A DNA stretch of 64,000 bases from Sulfurimonadaceae bacterium (lineage in GTDB: Bacteria > Campylobacterota > Campylobacteria > Campylobacterales > Sulfurimonadaceae): the NCBI GenBank assembly GCA_041571435.1, contig JBFFUI010000003.1, positions 32,001-96,000 of the forward strand, read 5' to 3'. The translations under genes and the position numbers were made by a program. The notes beneath the pieces were generated by a model that had not been told where the DNA came from, ran no database searches, and saw nothing but the letters and a program-made list of their open reading frames with translations. This document shows positions 1-8,614 of this stretch, piece after piece (within the stretch, counting starts at the first letter, position 1; each line of letters opens with the position of its first letter).

Positions 1-608
1 GGGACAAAGGCATTGGCCTCCTGCCCCTTAAGCATCTCATCGCGTTCTTCCCACTTGCAGAGAAAAAGCGCCATCTTGCGTTTTTTCCCTTTGGGGACAA
101 AGCTCTCCCCCTTTACAAACGTAAAGCCCTGCTCTGTCAACGCTTTGCGCGTATAGCTTGAGACGGCGATCTCATTGCCCTTGGCCTGCTGTTCGACACG
201 CGCCGCGACATTGACGATATCGCCATAGACATCGTCTTGTTCAACGATGGCCTCTCCCGTATGGATACCGATACGGATCTTGATCGGAAAACCGGCATCC
301 TTCGTGCGTTCCCGTCGAAGCGCTTGCTGCATGGCGATCGCTGCTGAGAGGGCCTCTTCAGGCCGTTTGAACATCGCCATGATGGAGTCACCTATGGTCT
401 TGATGATCCTGCCCCGAAACTTTTTGACCAGCGGAAAGAGGATCCTGTTGTGACGGTCCACCATCAACCGCCCTTTGACGTCACCATGTTTATGCCAATA
501 CTCGGTGGAGTCCTCAATGTCCGTAAACAGGATGGTCGCCTCTTTTTTGGACCGTGAGATCCGGTGCGTCATACTTTTTGTCAGTTCACTCTGTTCTTTT
601 TTAGGCAT
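1..608 (-). CDS. Class III adenylate/guanylate cyclase domain protein (3' end outside window)
   Basis: Not in the ORF track. Manual translation from ATG at 608 gives MPKKEQSE...ATILFTDIEDSTEYWHKHGD...GRIIKTIGDSIMAMF...IRIGIHTGE...DVYGDIVNVAARVE, which are the canonical cyclase motifs. Confidence 0.9.
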   Translation of the reverse strand, partial: MPKKEQSELTKSMTHRISRSKKEATILFTDIEDSTEYWHKHGDVKGRLMVDRHNRILFPLVKKFRGRIIKTIGDSIMAMFKRPEEALSAAIAMQQALRRERTKDAGFPIKIRIGIHTGEAIVEQDDVYGDIVNVAARVEQQAKGNEIAVSSYTRKALTEQGFTFVKGESFVPKGKKRKMALFLCKWEERDEMLKGQEANAFV

Positions 609-797
609 AAACACTCATTCATCATCTGCCGTTTCGGCATTTATCCCTGTTATTGTACACACTAAACCTTTACAGGTATCTCCAACTGCCTGACACCAAA
701 GGCAGACCCATCTAAAAAGCATAAAATCCAATAACTTTATGCCGTCAAAGGAAAATAAAAGGAATTGCCTAATATAATTCCAGCCTTTCAACACGAT

Positions 798-874
798 GTC
801 AAGGTAGCTCAGCTGGTTAGAGCACTGGTCTCATAAGCCGGGGGTCGGGGGTTCAAGTCCCCCCTTTGACACCA
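798..874 (+). tRNA. tRNA with CAT anticodon (elongator Met, or Ile2)
   Basis: Cloverleaf with GTCAAGG acceptor stem, D-arm TAGCTCAGCTGGTTAGAGC, anticodon loop CTCATAA, T-loop GTTCAAGTC and encoded CCA. G1-C72 pairing argues against initiator. TATAAT lies just upstream (773-778). Confidence 0.95.
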
Positions 875-925
875 TCAATCAATAAACCTCAAAATTTCGG
901 ACTTTACTTTTTAAGAATAGCTTAC

Positions 926-944
926 TGTGCCCAGAGTGTGCCCA
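926..944 (+). repeat. Tandem direct repeat TGTGCCCA x2 (11-bp period) just downstream of the tRNA; possible integrase arm-site remnant
   Basis: TGTGCCCA at 926-933 and 937-944, followed by degenerate AGTGTCAA. Confidence 0.4.
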
Positions 945-1220
945 AAAGTGTCAACTGAGAAGCTTCTCTTTCAGAAATAATCCACGTTTAACATTCTCCC
1001 TTTTATATACCAAGTATAAAGATATAATAAATTTTGTAATCAATAAATACCTCTAATGCTTCGTACTGTTTTCCAAACTTAAACTCTTGAATATATTGTC
1101 AAGTTTATAGGTGACATTCCATACACTTGTTGTTAACTACTTATATCTCACATTAATTTTTTTACATTTTCATGTGTTATAGTGATTATATATAATTATT
1201 TTCCAGTAAAGGTATTTGTA

Positions 1221-2177
1221 ATGTTGGATATTGATACAAAAAAAGCTATTAATGCTATTGAACAATATATAAATGACCTTATGAAAGAAAAAAACAAAAG
1301 CCATATAGTTTTTGGACTAAGTGGTGGCATAGATTCTGCTGTTTTGGCCGTATTGGCTGTGAGAGCAGTTGGAGCGGACAATGTTAAAGCCTACTATCTT
1401 AAAGATCGTGATAGTGAAAAAGACTCACAGATAAAGGCCCAACTTATTGCAGATTGGCTTGGTTTTGAGCTAGTAGTTCAAGATATTTCACCGGTAATGC
1501 ATGAAGATGGTGTCTACTCTCCGCTGATTATGTACATAAGTACTATATCGCATTTCATTAATCGTATGATTCAAAGGTCCTACTGTCTGCTTTTTAGAGA
1601 AACACCGCACAAATCAACTCTAAAAGAAGGTTGCGGTGAATTTGGTAATAATCCTTTAAAGCGCCTTGTATTCAACCTGAGTATACGCCATCTCGAAAAA
1701 GGTTTTAATGCTCGGCATATTCATCGCCGTAAAGTAATTGAAAAAATTGCGCAGGAAAATAATTACCTTATACTTGGTGCAGCTAATCGATCAGAAAGTA
1801 TGGTTGGTTGGTTTGTAAAAGACGGGATTGATGATATGCCGATTCAACCACTGATTGGTCTATATAAAACACAAGTATGGCAGTTAGCAGACTATCTTGA
1901 ATTACCACCAAAAATTCGACATCAGGAGCCATCGCCGGACATGATGAAAGGTATTACCGATGAATTTGCAATAGGTATGAGTTACAACAGGCTGGATGAA
2001 ATTTTGGACTATCTAGATCGCGGTTTAGACGAGAGCGAGATTATAGCTCTTGGTGTTACACCAAAAGAGCTAAAACATGTCATAGACATTCACAGACTCT
2101 CGGCATGGAAACGTGATTCTGAACATGTTGAACCACCACTTGATGGCACTACCAACAGTTCATATAGGGTAGATTAG
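1221..2177 (+). CDS. nadE: NH3-dependent NAD+ synthetase family protein with internal insertion
   Basis: PP-loop GLSGGIDS, GAANRSE..GWFVKDG, PLIGLYKTQV and PSPDM..GITDE motifs. ATG 1221 follows AAAGGT; the track start 1182 is less likely. AT-rich. Confidence 0.8.
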   Translation: MLDIDTKKAINAIEQYINDLMKEKNKSHIVFGLSGGIDSAVLAVLAVRAVGADNVKAYYLKDRDSEKDSQIKAQLIADWLGFELVVQDISPVMHEDGVYSPLIMYISTISHFINRMIQRSYCLLFRETPHKSTLKEGCGEFGNNPLKRLVFNLSIRHLEKGFNARHIHRRKVIEKIAQENNYLILGAANRSESMVGWFVKDGIDDMPIQPLIGLYKTQVWQLADYLELPPKIRHQEPSPDMMKGITDEFAIGMSYNRLDEILDYLDRGLDESEIIALGVTPKELKHVIDIHRLSAWKRDSEHVEPPLDGTTNSSYRVD

Positions 2178-2264
2178 AAAATAAAAGCTATAGCTACATC
2201 CCTGTGAGTTACAATTTAATGTAAAACCTGCTGCATTCGTACTACATTTAAGCTTCTTATGATC

Positions 2265-2390
2265 TTAACCATTGATGATGACGAGAGGGACACCCTTGCC
2301 GTTATATAGACGGAAAAGCCGTCTCCCCTCTGGTTTGAACTTGATATCGTATTCGATGTAGGTAATACTGTTGGTGATGAAAAAAATATG
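2265..2390 (-). pseudogene. Glutaredoxin/NrdH-like gene remnant
   Basis: Minus-strand frame reads HIFFITNSITYIEYDIKFKPEGRRLFRLYNGKGVPLVIING*, with the YxEYDI and GVP motifs but no start and no CxxC. Confidence 0.5.
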
Positions 2391-2468
2391 ATTTACTGTG
2401 CCAAAATTCTATATTCAACCTATCCCCTTGTTTTTAAATACAAACTATATTCTCTTCGACTAATTATA

Positions 2469-2540
2469 CTTTAGTCTTAGTGACTAAGAGTGTTGACTTG
2501 TTGTCTATTTTTATGTAATATTTCAGCATTAAAAATAGAC
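2469..2540 (+). promoter_or_regulatory. groESL promoter with HAIR-like operator and a second inverted repeat
   Basis: CTTTAGT-N7-ACTAAGA at 2469-2489 resembles HspR HAIR (CTTGAGT-N7-ACTCAAG). TTGACT-N17-TAATAT at 2493-2521. Perfect 11-bp inverted repeat GTCTATTTTTA/TAAAAATAGAC at 2503-2513 and 2530-2540. Confidence 0.65.
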
Positions 2541-2557
2541 CTATATAAAGGATACAC

Positions 2558-2818
2558 ATGAACTTTCAACCTCTAGGAAAACGTGTTTTGGTAGAGCGAA
2601 CAGAAGAAGCTAAAACGACTGCATCCGGGATCATTATTCCTGACAGCGCAACGGAAAAGCCGTCTCAGGGAAAAGTCGTAGCTGTATCTGCCGAAGTCGA
2701 CAATGTCAACGTTGAGGATGTCGTCGTATTTGGAAAGTATGCAGGCAACGAGTTTAAAGTCGGCGGTGAAACGTATCTTATCATCGATGTTGAAGACCTA
2801 TTTGGTATCATCAAGTAA
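2558..2818 (+). CDS. groES: Co-chaperonin GroES
   Basis: [12 protein letters not shown]...[15 protein letters not shown] signature; directly upstream of groEL. Confidence 0.98.
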   Translation: MNFQPLGKRVLVERTEEAKTTASGIIIPDSATEKPSQGKVVAVSAEVDNVNVEDVVVFGKYAGNEFKVGGETYLIIDVEDLFGIIK

Positions 2819-2852
2819 TCTAAACACTATATAAACAGGAGAACTAAACATT

Positions 2853-4490
2853 ATGGCAAAAGAGATCCACTATTCAGACAACGCACGCAACGCCTTGGCA
2901 GAAGGCGTTCAAAAACTTACCGATGCGGTAAAAGTCACAATGGGACCACGCGGTCGTAACGTCCTTATCCAACGCTCATACGGCGCACCGGTCATCACCA
3001 AAGACGGTGTCTCGGTCGCTCGTGAGATCGAGTTGGAAAACCCGCTTGAAGACATGGGTGCACAACTGGTCAAACAGGTATCTGCCAACACAGCAGATGA
3101 AGCGGGTGACGGTACGACAACAGCGACTGTTCTTGCAAATGCTATCTTCTCTGAAGGTCTTCGCAACATCACTGCCGGAGCGAACCCGGTCGAAGTAAAA
3201 CGCGGTATGGACAAGGCCATGGCGGAGATCTTGACACACCTTACTGCCGCGTCGATGAAAGTTGCCGGTAAAAAAGAGATCGCACAGGTCGCCAGTATCT
3301 CGGCGAATTCTGACACAACTATCGGCGATATGATCGCTGAAGCGATGGACAAAGTAGGTCAGGACGGTGTCATCACCGTTGAAGAGGCCAAAGGTATCAG
3401 CGATGAGCTTGACGTGGTTGAAGGTATGCAGTTTGACCGCGGGTACCTAAGCCCATACTTCATCACTAACACGGAGAAGATGACGGCCGAGATCGAACAG
3501 CCTTTCATCCTTATGTTCGACGGCAAGATCTCCAACCTCAAAGATATCCTTCCGGTTCTTGAGCAGGTCCAAAAGACAAACCGTCCGATGCTGATCATCG
3601 CCGAAGATGTCGAGGGTGAAGCCCTTGCTACACTGGTCGTCAACAAAATGCGCGGTATCCTGAACATCACGGCAGTCAAAGCTCCGGGCTTCGGTGACCG
3701 TCGTAAAGCGATGCTCCAGGATATCGCGATCCTGACAGGCGGACAGATCATCTCTGAAGAGATCGGCCGTACGTTAGAGTCTACAACGATCCAGGACCTT
3801 GGTCAGGCATCACGTGTTGTCATCGACAAAGACAACACGGTTATCGTAAACGGTATTGGTTCAAAAGAGGCAGTTGCATCGCGTATCACTGAGATCAAAA
3901 CGCAGATGGAGACAACGTCATCAGAGTATGACAAAGAGAAGCTTCAGGAGCGTCTGGCAAAACTTTCCGGCGGTGTTGCTGTCATCAAAGTCGGTGCTGC
4001 GACTGAGACGGAAATGAAAGAGAAGAAAGACCGTGTAGACGATGCCCTTGCTGCAACCAAAGCGGCTGTCGAAGAAGGCATCATCATCGGTGGTGGGGCA
4101 GCCCTTGTCCGCGCTGCTGCCAAAGTGTCTCTTCCAGAACTCGAAGGCGACCAGAAGATCGGTTGTGAGATCATCCTTCGCGCAGTCAAAGCGCCGATCA
4201 AACAGATCGCTGTTAATGCCGGTTTTGATGCCGGTGTCGTAGTGAACGCGATCGAAAACGCGGAGAGCGATACACTGGGATTCAATGCTGCTACAGGCGA
4301 GTATGTTGATATGTTCAAAGAAGGTATTATCGATCCGCTGAAAGTGGCGCGTGTTGCTCTGACAAACGCGACATCGGTTGCGAGCATGCTTCTTACAACA
4401 GAGGCGACGATCCACCCTATCCCGGAACCGGCGGCACCTGCCGGCGGTGACATGGGCGGCGGAATGCCGGGCATGCCGGGTATGATGTGA
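2853..4490 (+). CDS. groEL: Chaperonin GroEL
   Basis: [19 protein letters not shown] and EGMQFDRGY motifs; C-terminal GGM repeats. Confidence 0.99.
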   Translation: MAKEIHYSDNARNALAEGVQKLTDAVKVTMGPRGRNVLIQRSYGAPVITKDGVSVAREIELENPLEDMGAQLVKQVSANTADEAGDGTTTATVLANAIFSEGLRNITAGANPVEVKRGMDKAMAEILTHLTAASMKVAGKKEIAQVASISANSDTTIGDMIAEAMDKVGQDGVITVEEAKGISDELDVVEGMQFDRGYLSPYFITNTEKMTAEIEQPFILMFDGKISNLKDILPVLEQVQKTNRPMLIIAEDVEGEALATLVVNKMRGILNITAVKAPGFGDRRKAMLQDIAILTGGQIISEEIGRTLESTTIQDLGQASRVVIDKDNTVIVNGIGSKEAVASRITEIKTQMETTSSEYDKEKLQERLAKLSGGVAVIKVGAATETEMKEKKDRVDDALAATKAAVEEGIIIGGGAALVRAAAKVSLPELEGDQKIGCEIILRAVKAPIKQIAVNAGFDAGVVVNAIENAESDTLGFNAATGEYVDMFKEGIIDPLKVARVALTNATSVASMLLTTEATIHPIPEPAAPAGGDMGGGMPGMPGMM

Positions 4491-4532
4491 GTTCGGAAAA
4501 ATAAACGTGAACTGCTTCACGTTTATCCGAAC
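4491..4532 (+). terminator. Long hairpin immediately after the groEL stop
   Basis: GTTCGG..ATAAACGTGAA-CTGC-TTCACGTTTAT-CCGAAC inverted repeat; no U-tract. Confidence 0.5.
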
Positions 4533-4728
4533 GAAACCAAAAGCGATGTACCAGAGGTACCGCTGGCGGCTTAAACATTAATAGTTAACTCCTTAATAAA
4601 TGACTATTTCTTGTCATTTGTAGAGTCGGAACCAAAGCCTATGTGCTTAGTACAGGGGACGGAGTCCACTTCAAGCCAACTGCCCTAAAGAAACATCCTT
4701 CGGAGCGTTTTACTTGTTTTGGTTTTTT
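4533..4728. other. Nested multi-stem structured intergenic element (candidate ncRNA or repeat)
   Basis: Outer stem AAACCAAAA/TTTTGGTTT encloses GGCTT/AAGCC, ACTCC/GGAGT and four local hairpins. Confidence 0.5.
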
Positions 4729-4872
4729 TAGCGTTCACACCATAATTTGATATGCAAAGCATCAGATGACGGAGTATAAATGACAGCGGTGTGTCATCTC
4801 TAGAACCTCTTAAAATATCTTTCCCTGCTTTACAATCTGAAATACAATTAATCGCACAAACTATAAAATTTT

Positions 4873-5409
4873 TTAACAGCAGCTCGACGGAGCTTCTGTA
4901 CTGAAAAAGTTTACTTTAGGCTCTTCCCAGCTGATACCGTGATCAGCTAGAAAATCTTTAACATCTTCTGTGCAACAGACCCCTTTTGGGTTGGACTTTT
5001 CACAAAATGATTTACCTTCGGCGATGATCGCTTTCACCGTTGCTGCAATATTTGGCTCGCTCTTCTCTATCATCTCCAGGACATCTCTTTTGAGTAGCTT
5101 TTTACAGTAGCAAAGAGGGGTCTTAGGATCGTCATTTTTAAGTGCCACTTTTGATTTGACATCCTCTTCTGAAAATGTCTCCGCAGCGTCGTTCGAATAG
5201 TAGACAGTGTGGCATTTTGGATGCGTACAGAAACTGAAATCATCGATCGATGAAGCCATGGTGCCAAGCTTCTCTTTCTTGAGCTGTGACTTGACGGTTA
5301 TTGCTTTGACTTTGATCCCTATTGTTCCACAATCAGGGCAAGCATTCAACGCCTTACTTTCTGTCGAACATCCGCATGATTGGGTATTGTTCTTAACGGT
5401 AAAGATCAT
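4873..5409 (-). CDS. Cys-rich metallochaperone-like protein (CopZ N-terminal zinc/[2Fe-2S]-binding type)
   Basis: CPDCG..G.KV..ITVK, FCTHPKCHTVYY, PLCYC and CEKSNPKGVCC motifs. Confidence 0.75.
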   Translation of the reverse strand: MIFTVKNNTQSCGCSTESKALNACPDCGTIGIKVKAITVKSQLKKEKLGTMASSIDDFSFCTHPKCHTVYYSNDAAETFSEEDVKSKVALKNDDPKTPLCYCKKLLKRDVLEMIEKSEPNIAATVKAIIAEGKSFCEKSNPKGVCCTEDVKDFLADHGISWEEPKVNFFSTEAPSSCC

Positions 5410-5424
5410 TTTTCGCTCCTTTAA

Positions 5425-6729
5425 CTATTGATCAGGCGGTATGAACATCACCACTCGCTTCTCCATCTTTGAGAGGTCGAATTCAACGATCTCATGGGCA
5501 TTGCTATTGGCGATATAAAGCGCACACCCTCTTTTACTGATGCCGCTCGGTTCATCCAGCCCTTCAATGAGCGTTCGTATTGACTGATCGTCAGGAAAGT
5601 AGGCTTTGACCTTGTTATTGAAGGTGTCGGCGATAAAGAGGCGCCCACCGCCACAGCCGTCACCGATAATGCCCGCACAGATGCCCTGCGGATGCTGCAG
5701 CAGTATCTCGTCCTCGCTGCTGTCGCCATAGGTAAAGAGCCCCTCGCCTATCAGCGTGGTGACCTCATCCTTTTCGATTTTCCGCAGTGATGAGCTTTCG
5801 GCATCGACAAACCAAAGCACACCGTCCATCACTACGACCCCGGAGGGCTGGGCCAGCTGACAGGCATCTGCCCTGCCGTCGCGCAAGGCTTCAAAACGGT
5901 TGCCGTATGTCTCTTTCAGTTCCAGTGTCTCCCGATCATAGACAAGCATCTGGTGTGAACCAGCCGAAGCGACTATAAGCCGCTTCCCGTCGACGGCGAG
6001 GTCATAAGGGTTGCGCAACGCCTCTATGAGCCTCTTTTTCTCTTTTGTCTCAAGGTTATAGCATGTGATCGTGCCGGAACCGCTTTCGCAGATATAGAGA
6101 AGCCCGTCTGCATACGCCATCCCCATCGGATGCGCCAGACCTTCAATAACACCAAACACACGTCCCTCATAATCACTCAACCAGACTTCGTTCGCATTAG
6201 TATTGGCAACGGCTAGAAATGTGGGTGCGGCTAGAACCTTTTGCGGGAAGGTAAGCTTTTTGCCACCCTCTTTTTGCTCCGGCCTTTCCATACTCGCCTG
6301 CAGACCGCAGGATGAGAACCGTCCTCTCCACTCCGGAAGTCTCTGCTCTCCGCTGGCGTGGTGGACAATATAGCCTCTGTTGTCGATAAGGATCGTCGTC
6401 GGCCACCCTTTGACTGCATACGCATCGGCAATAATATGTTCAGGGTCATTCACCACAGCAAACACAATACCCTCACGCAGCAGTGCCTCTTTGAGCGCCT
6501 CCAGCTCTTTTTCATGCGCGAACTTGCCCGTATGGACACCGATGACGCACAGGTCTCTGCCGTAGCTTGCATGCAGGGCTTTGACGGTCTGAAGGTTGTT
6601 CAGGCAGTTGATACAACCGAAGGTAAAAAAGTCGAGGAGGATATACCGGCCTCTCAGCTCGGAGATGAACAGCGGATTGCTGTTCAACCAGTCAAGGCCT
6701 TCAGCAAAAGCAGGCGCGCGGACGGCCAT
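5425..6729 (-). CDS. Thioredoxin-like + NHL beta-propeller protein (NHLRC2/SOQ1-like)
   Basis: LLDFFTFGCINC, VIGVHTGKF.HEK and NDP..IADAYAVKGWPT motifs, then NHL repeats (LTFPQKV, LAQPSG, LQHPQG, LDEPSG). ATG 6729 overlaps the tcdA stop (TAATG). Confidence 0.85.
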   Translation of the reverse strand: MAVRAPAFAEGLDWLNSNPLFISELRGRYILLDFFTFGCINCLNNLQTVKALHASYGRDLCVIGVHTGKFAHEKELEALKEALLREGIVFAVVNDPEHIIADAYAVKGWPTTILIDNRGYIVHHASGEQRLPEWRGRFSSCGLQASMERPEQKEGGKKLTFPQKVLAAPTFLAVANTNANEVWLSDYEGRVFGVIEGLAHPMGMAYADGLLYICESGSGTITCYNLETKEKKRLIEALRNPYDLAVDGKRLIVASAGSHQMLVYDRETLELKETYGNRFEALRDGRADACQLAQPSGVVVMDGVLWFVDAESSSLRKIEKDEVTTLIGEGLFTYGDSSEDEILLQHPQGICAGIIGDGCGGGRLFIADTFNNKVKAYFPDDQSIRTLIEGLDEPSGISKRGCALYIANSNAHEIVEFDLSKMEKRVVMFIPPDQ

Positions 6730-7373
6730 TACTTGCCGGTCAGATGTTTGATGGCAAGCGAACACATCGTCAGGCCAAATGCCGCCGTCACTGCCATAAA
6801 GCTTCCTTTTACCTTAACATGCGGCGGTTCGGAACTGAAGATGACGGGATACTTTTTACTGAAGCGTCGTTTTTTCAACTCATACCGGATCTTTGAGGCA
6901 AAGCGGTCACCATGGGTCTTCCAGATGGTCGCCACCTCAATCTTTGTCGGATCAAGCCGTTTGGCAGAACCCGTCGCCGAGATTAGTTTTTTGTAGCACT
7001 TCTGTGCAAGAGCCAGCTTGGCCTGGGTATCGTCAATAGCGTCCAGAACAAGATCGTAGGGTTCAAAATCGAAGTTCTCGACCCACTCGGCATCGATCCG
7101 CTTCTCAATGGCGATAATCTCGGGATAGTGCTCTTTGAGACTCAGTACCTTTGACTCGCCGCAGTGATGTTCCGACCACATCTGGCGGTTCTGGTTACTT
7201 TCGTCATAGGTGTCAAAATCGATGATGGTGATATCACGGATACCTGTGCGATAGAGGCAGTCCAGACAGTAGGAACCGACGCCCCCGACACCGAGAAGCA
7301 GTATTTTCGCTTTTTCGATATCAGCGAACCCCTCGCCAAAAAGCATGCGGCTACGTTCAAATCTCACAGCCAC
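6729..7373 (-). CDS. tcdA: tRNA threonylcarbamoyladenosine dehydratase (ThiF family)
   Basis: GVGGVGS, DFDTYDESNQNRQ, DAIDD..AK, GSAKRLDPTKI and VIFSSE motifs. Confidence 0.85.
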   Translation of the reverse strand: MAVRFERSRMLFGEGFADIEKAKILLLGVGGVGSYCLDCLYRTGIRDITIIDFDTYDESNQNRQMWSEHHCGESKVLSLKEHYPEIIAIEKRIDAEWVENFDFEPYDLVLDAIDDTQAKLALAQKCYKKLISATGSAKRLDPTKIEVATIWKTHGDRFASKIRYELKKRRFSKKYPVIFSSEPPHVKVKGSFMAVTAAFGLTMCSLAIKHLTGK

Positions 7374-8140
7374 TCCTCCAGTTGTTTCATCGACTTGTAG
7401 GCACTCAAATCAAGCTGGACCGGCGTCACGGAGACGAAACCCTGTTCGATCGCCTCGAAATCGGAAAGCATCTCGTTTCCATCCCGAGGTTTAAAGTCGA
7501 GCGGGTGAAGACCAAGCCAGTAGTACTCCATACCTCGAGGATTTCGGTGCAAGTGGGCATCATTACCGTAACAGCGGTAGCCCGCATAGGTCACTTTCAT
7601 CTCTGCCTCACTGACATTGTGCGGTATATTGACGTTCAAAAACTCACGCTCTGGCAGCGGAAACTCACCCTCGAATATCTTCCCGACCAGTTTCCTGATC
7701 GTATTCGTTGCCAGCGTAAAATCGGGAAGCGGCTGGGTAAAGTCCATCACCTGCGAGATCGCAATGGCAGGGACACCCTGAAGCACCGCCTCCATAGCAC
7801 CGGCAGCCGTGCCGGAGTAGGTAATATCCTCGCCCATATTTGAGCCTTTGTTGATGCCGCTGACGACAAGATCCGGTCTGTTCTCTTCAAACATCGAGTG
7901 CAGCGCCAGATAGATACAGTCGCTCGGCGTACCGTCTTCAAGCTTGTAAAAGTCATCTTCCAGACTAATGAAAGTCAGCGGATGGGCAAGCGTAAGCGAG
8001 TGGCCGCAGGCTGATTTTTCATTGGCAGGGGCAACAACAGTCACCCTGGCGATCTTGCGCAACTCGGCTATAAGAGCATGCAGAGCAGCGGATTCGTACC
8101 CGTCATCATTTGTCACTAGAATATGTTTATCTTTTTTCAT
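7364..8140 (-). CDS. surE: 5'/3'-nucleotidase SurE
   Basis: ILVTNDDG, DGTPSDC and SGINKGSNMGEDITYSGT motifs. ATG 8140 preferred over the track start 8206. Confidence 0.97.
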   Translation of the reverse strand: MKKDKHILVTNDDGYESAALHALIAELRKIARVTVVAPANEKSACGHSLTLAHPLTFISLEDDFYKLEDGTPSDCIYLALHSMFEENRPDLVVSGINKGSNMGEDITYSGTAAGAMEAVLQGVPAIAISQVMDFTQPLPDFTLATNTIRKLVGKIFEGEFPLPEREFLNVNIPHNVSEAEMKVTYAGYRCYGNDAHLHRNPRGMEYYWLGLHPLDFKPRDGNEMLSDFEAIEQGFVSVTPVQLDLSAYKSMKQLEEWL

Positions 8141-8236
8141 ACCGGTATTATAACACTTAACTTCGAATTGGATTATGCTATAATCTTCTATTATCGAAGT
8201 ATTCAAGTCATATGTAGATAGAAATGCAGGTGGGAA

Positions 8237-8608
8237 ATGAGCAATAATAACGAGCCGATACGTGTCAAGAGCAATCTAGCCGCATCAAAAAGTTTTCAGC
8301 AACGTAACAATAAGAAACGCAACAGTAACTCTTTTGCCCAAAAAGAGGTCGACATCAAGGCCTATATCATTGCCCCTGAGGGGTATGAGTTCTTTATGTT
8401 CACCATCTATTTTATCACTATCCCCTACCTGGCCGGTTTGACATTTTTATACCTGTTTGTCGCCAAAGCCAGCTTCAGCCACTTTCTTAACTTCAAGATC
8501 AGCTCGTTTTTTGTGATCTGGGCGATCGGCTATGAGATCCTGGCCGTCTTGATATTGGCCGTGATCGCCTACGCCTTTGTCAAATCCTTTAAAAAATCAG
8601 TAGTATAA
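8237..8608 (+). CDS. Hypothetical membrane protein (2 TM)
   Basis: 123-aa ORF with a basic N-terminus and two hydrophobic segments; fills the gap between surE and the kinase. Confidence 0.7.
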   Translation: MSNNNEPIRVKSNLAASKSFQQRNNKKRNSNSFAQKEVDIKAYIIAPEGYEFFMFTIYFITIPYLAGLTFLYLFVAKASFSHFLNFKISSFFVIWAIGYEILAVLILAVIAYAFVKSFKKSVV

Positions 8609-8614
8609 AGATCC

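Noticed and set aside
137-693. Three short track ORFs at the window start
   Set aside because: They overlap the real minus-strand cyclase gene (1-608) in other frames or on the other strand.
798-874. Initiator tRNA-fMet call
   Set aside because: The first base pair is G-C and the anticodon stem lacks three consecutive G-C pairs.
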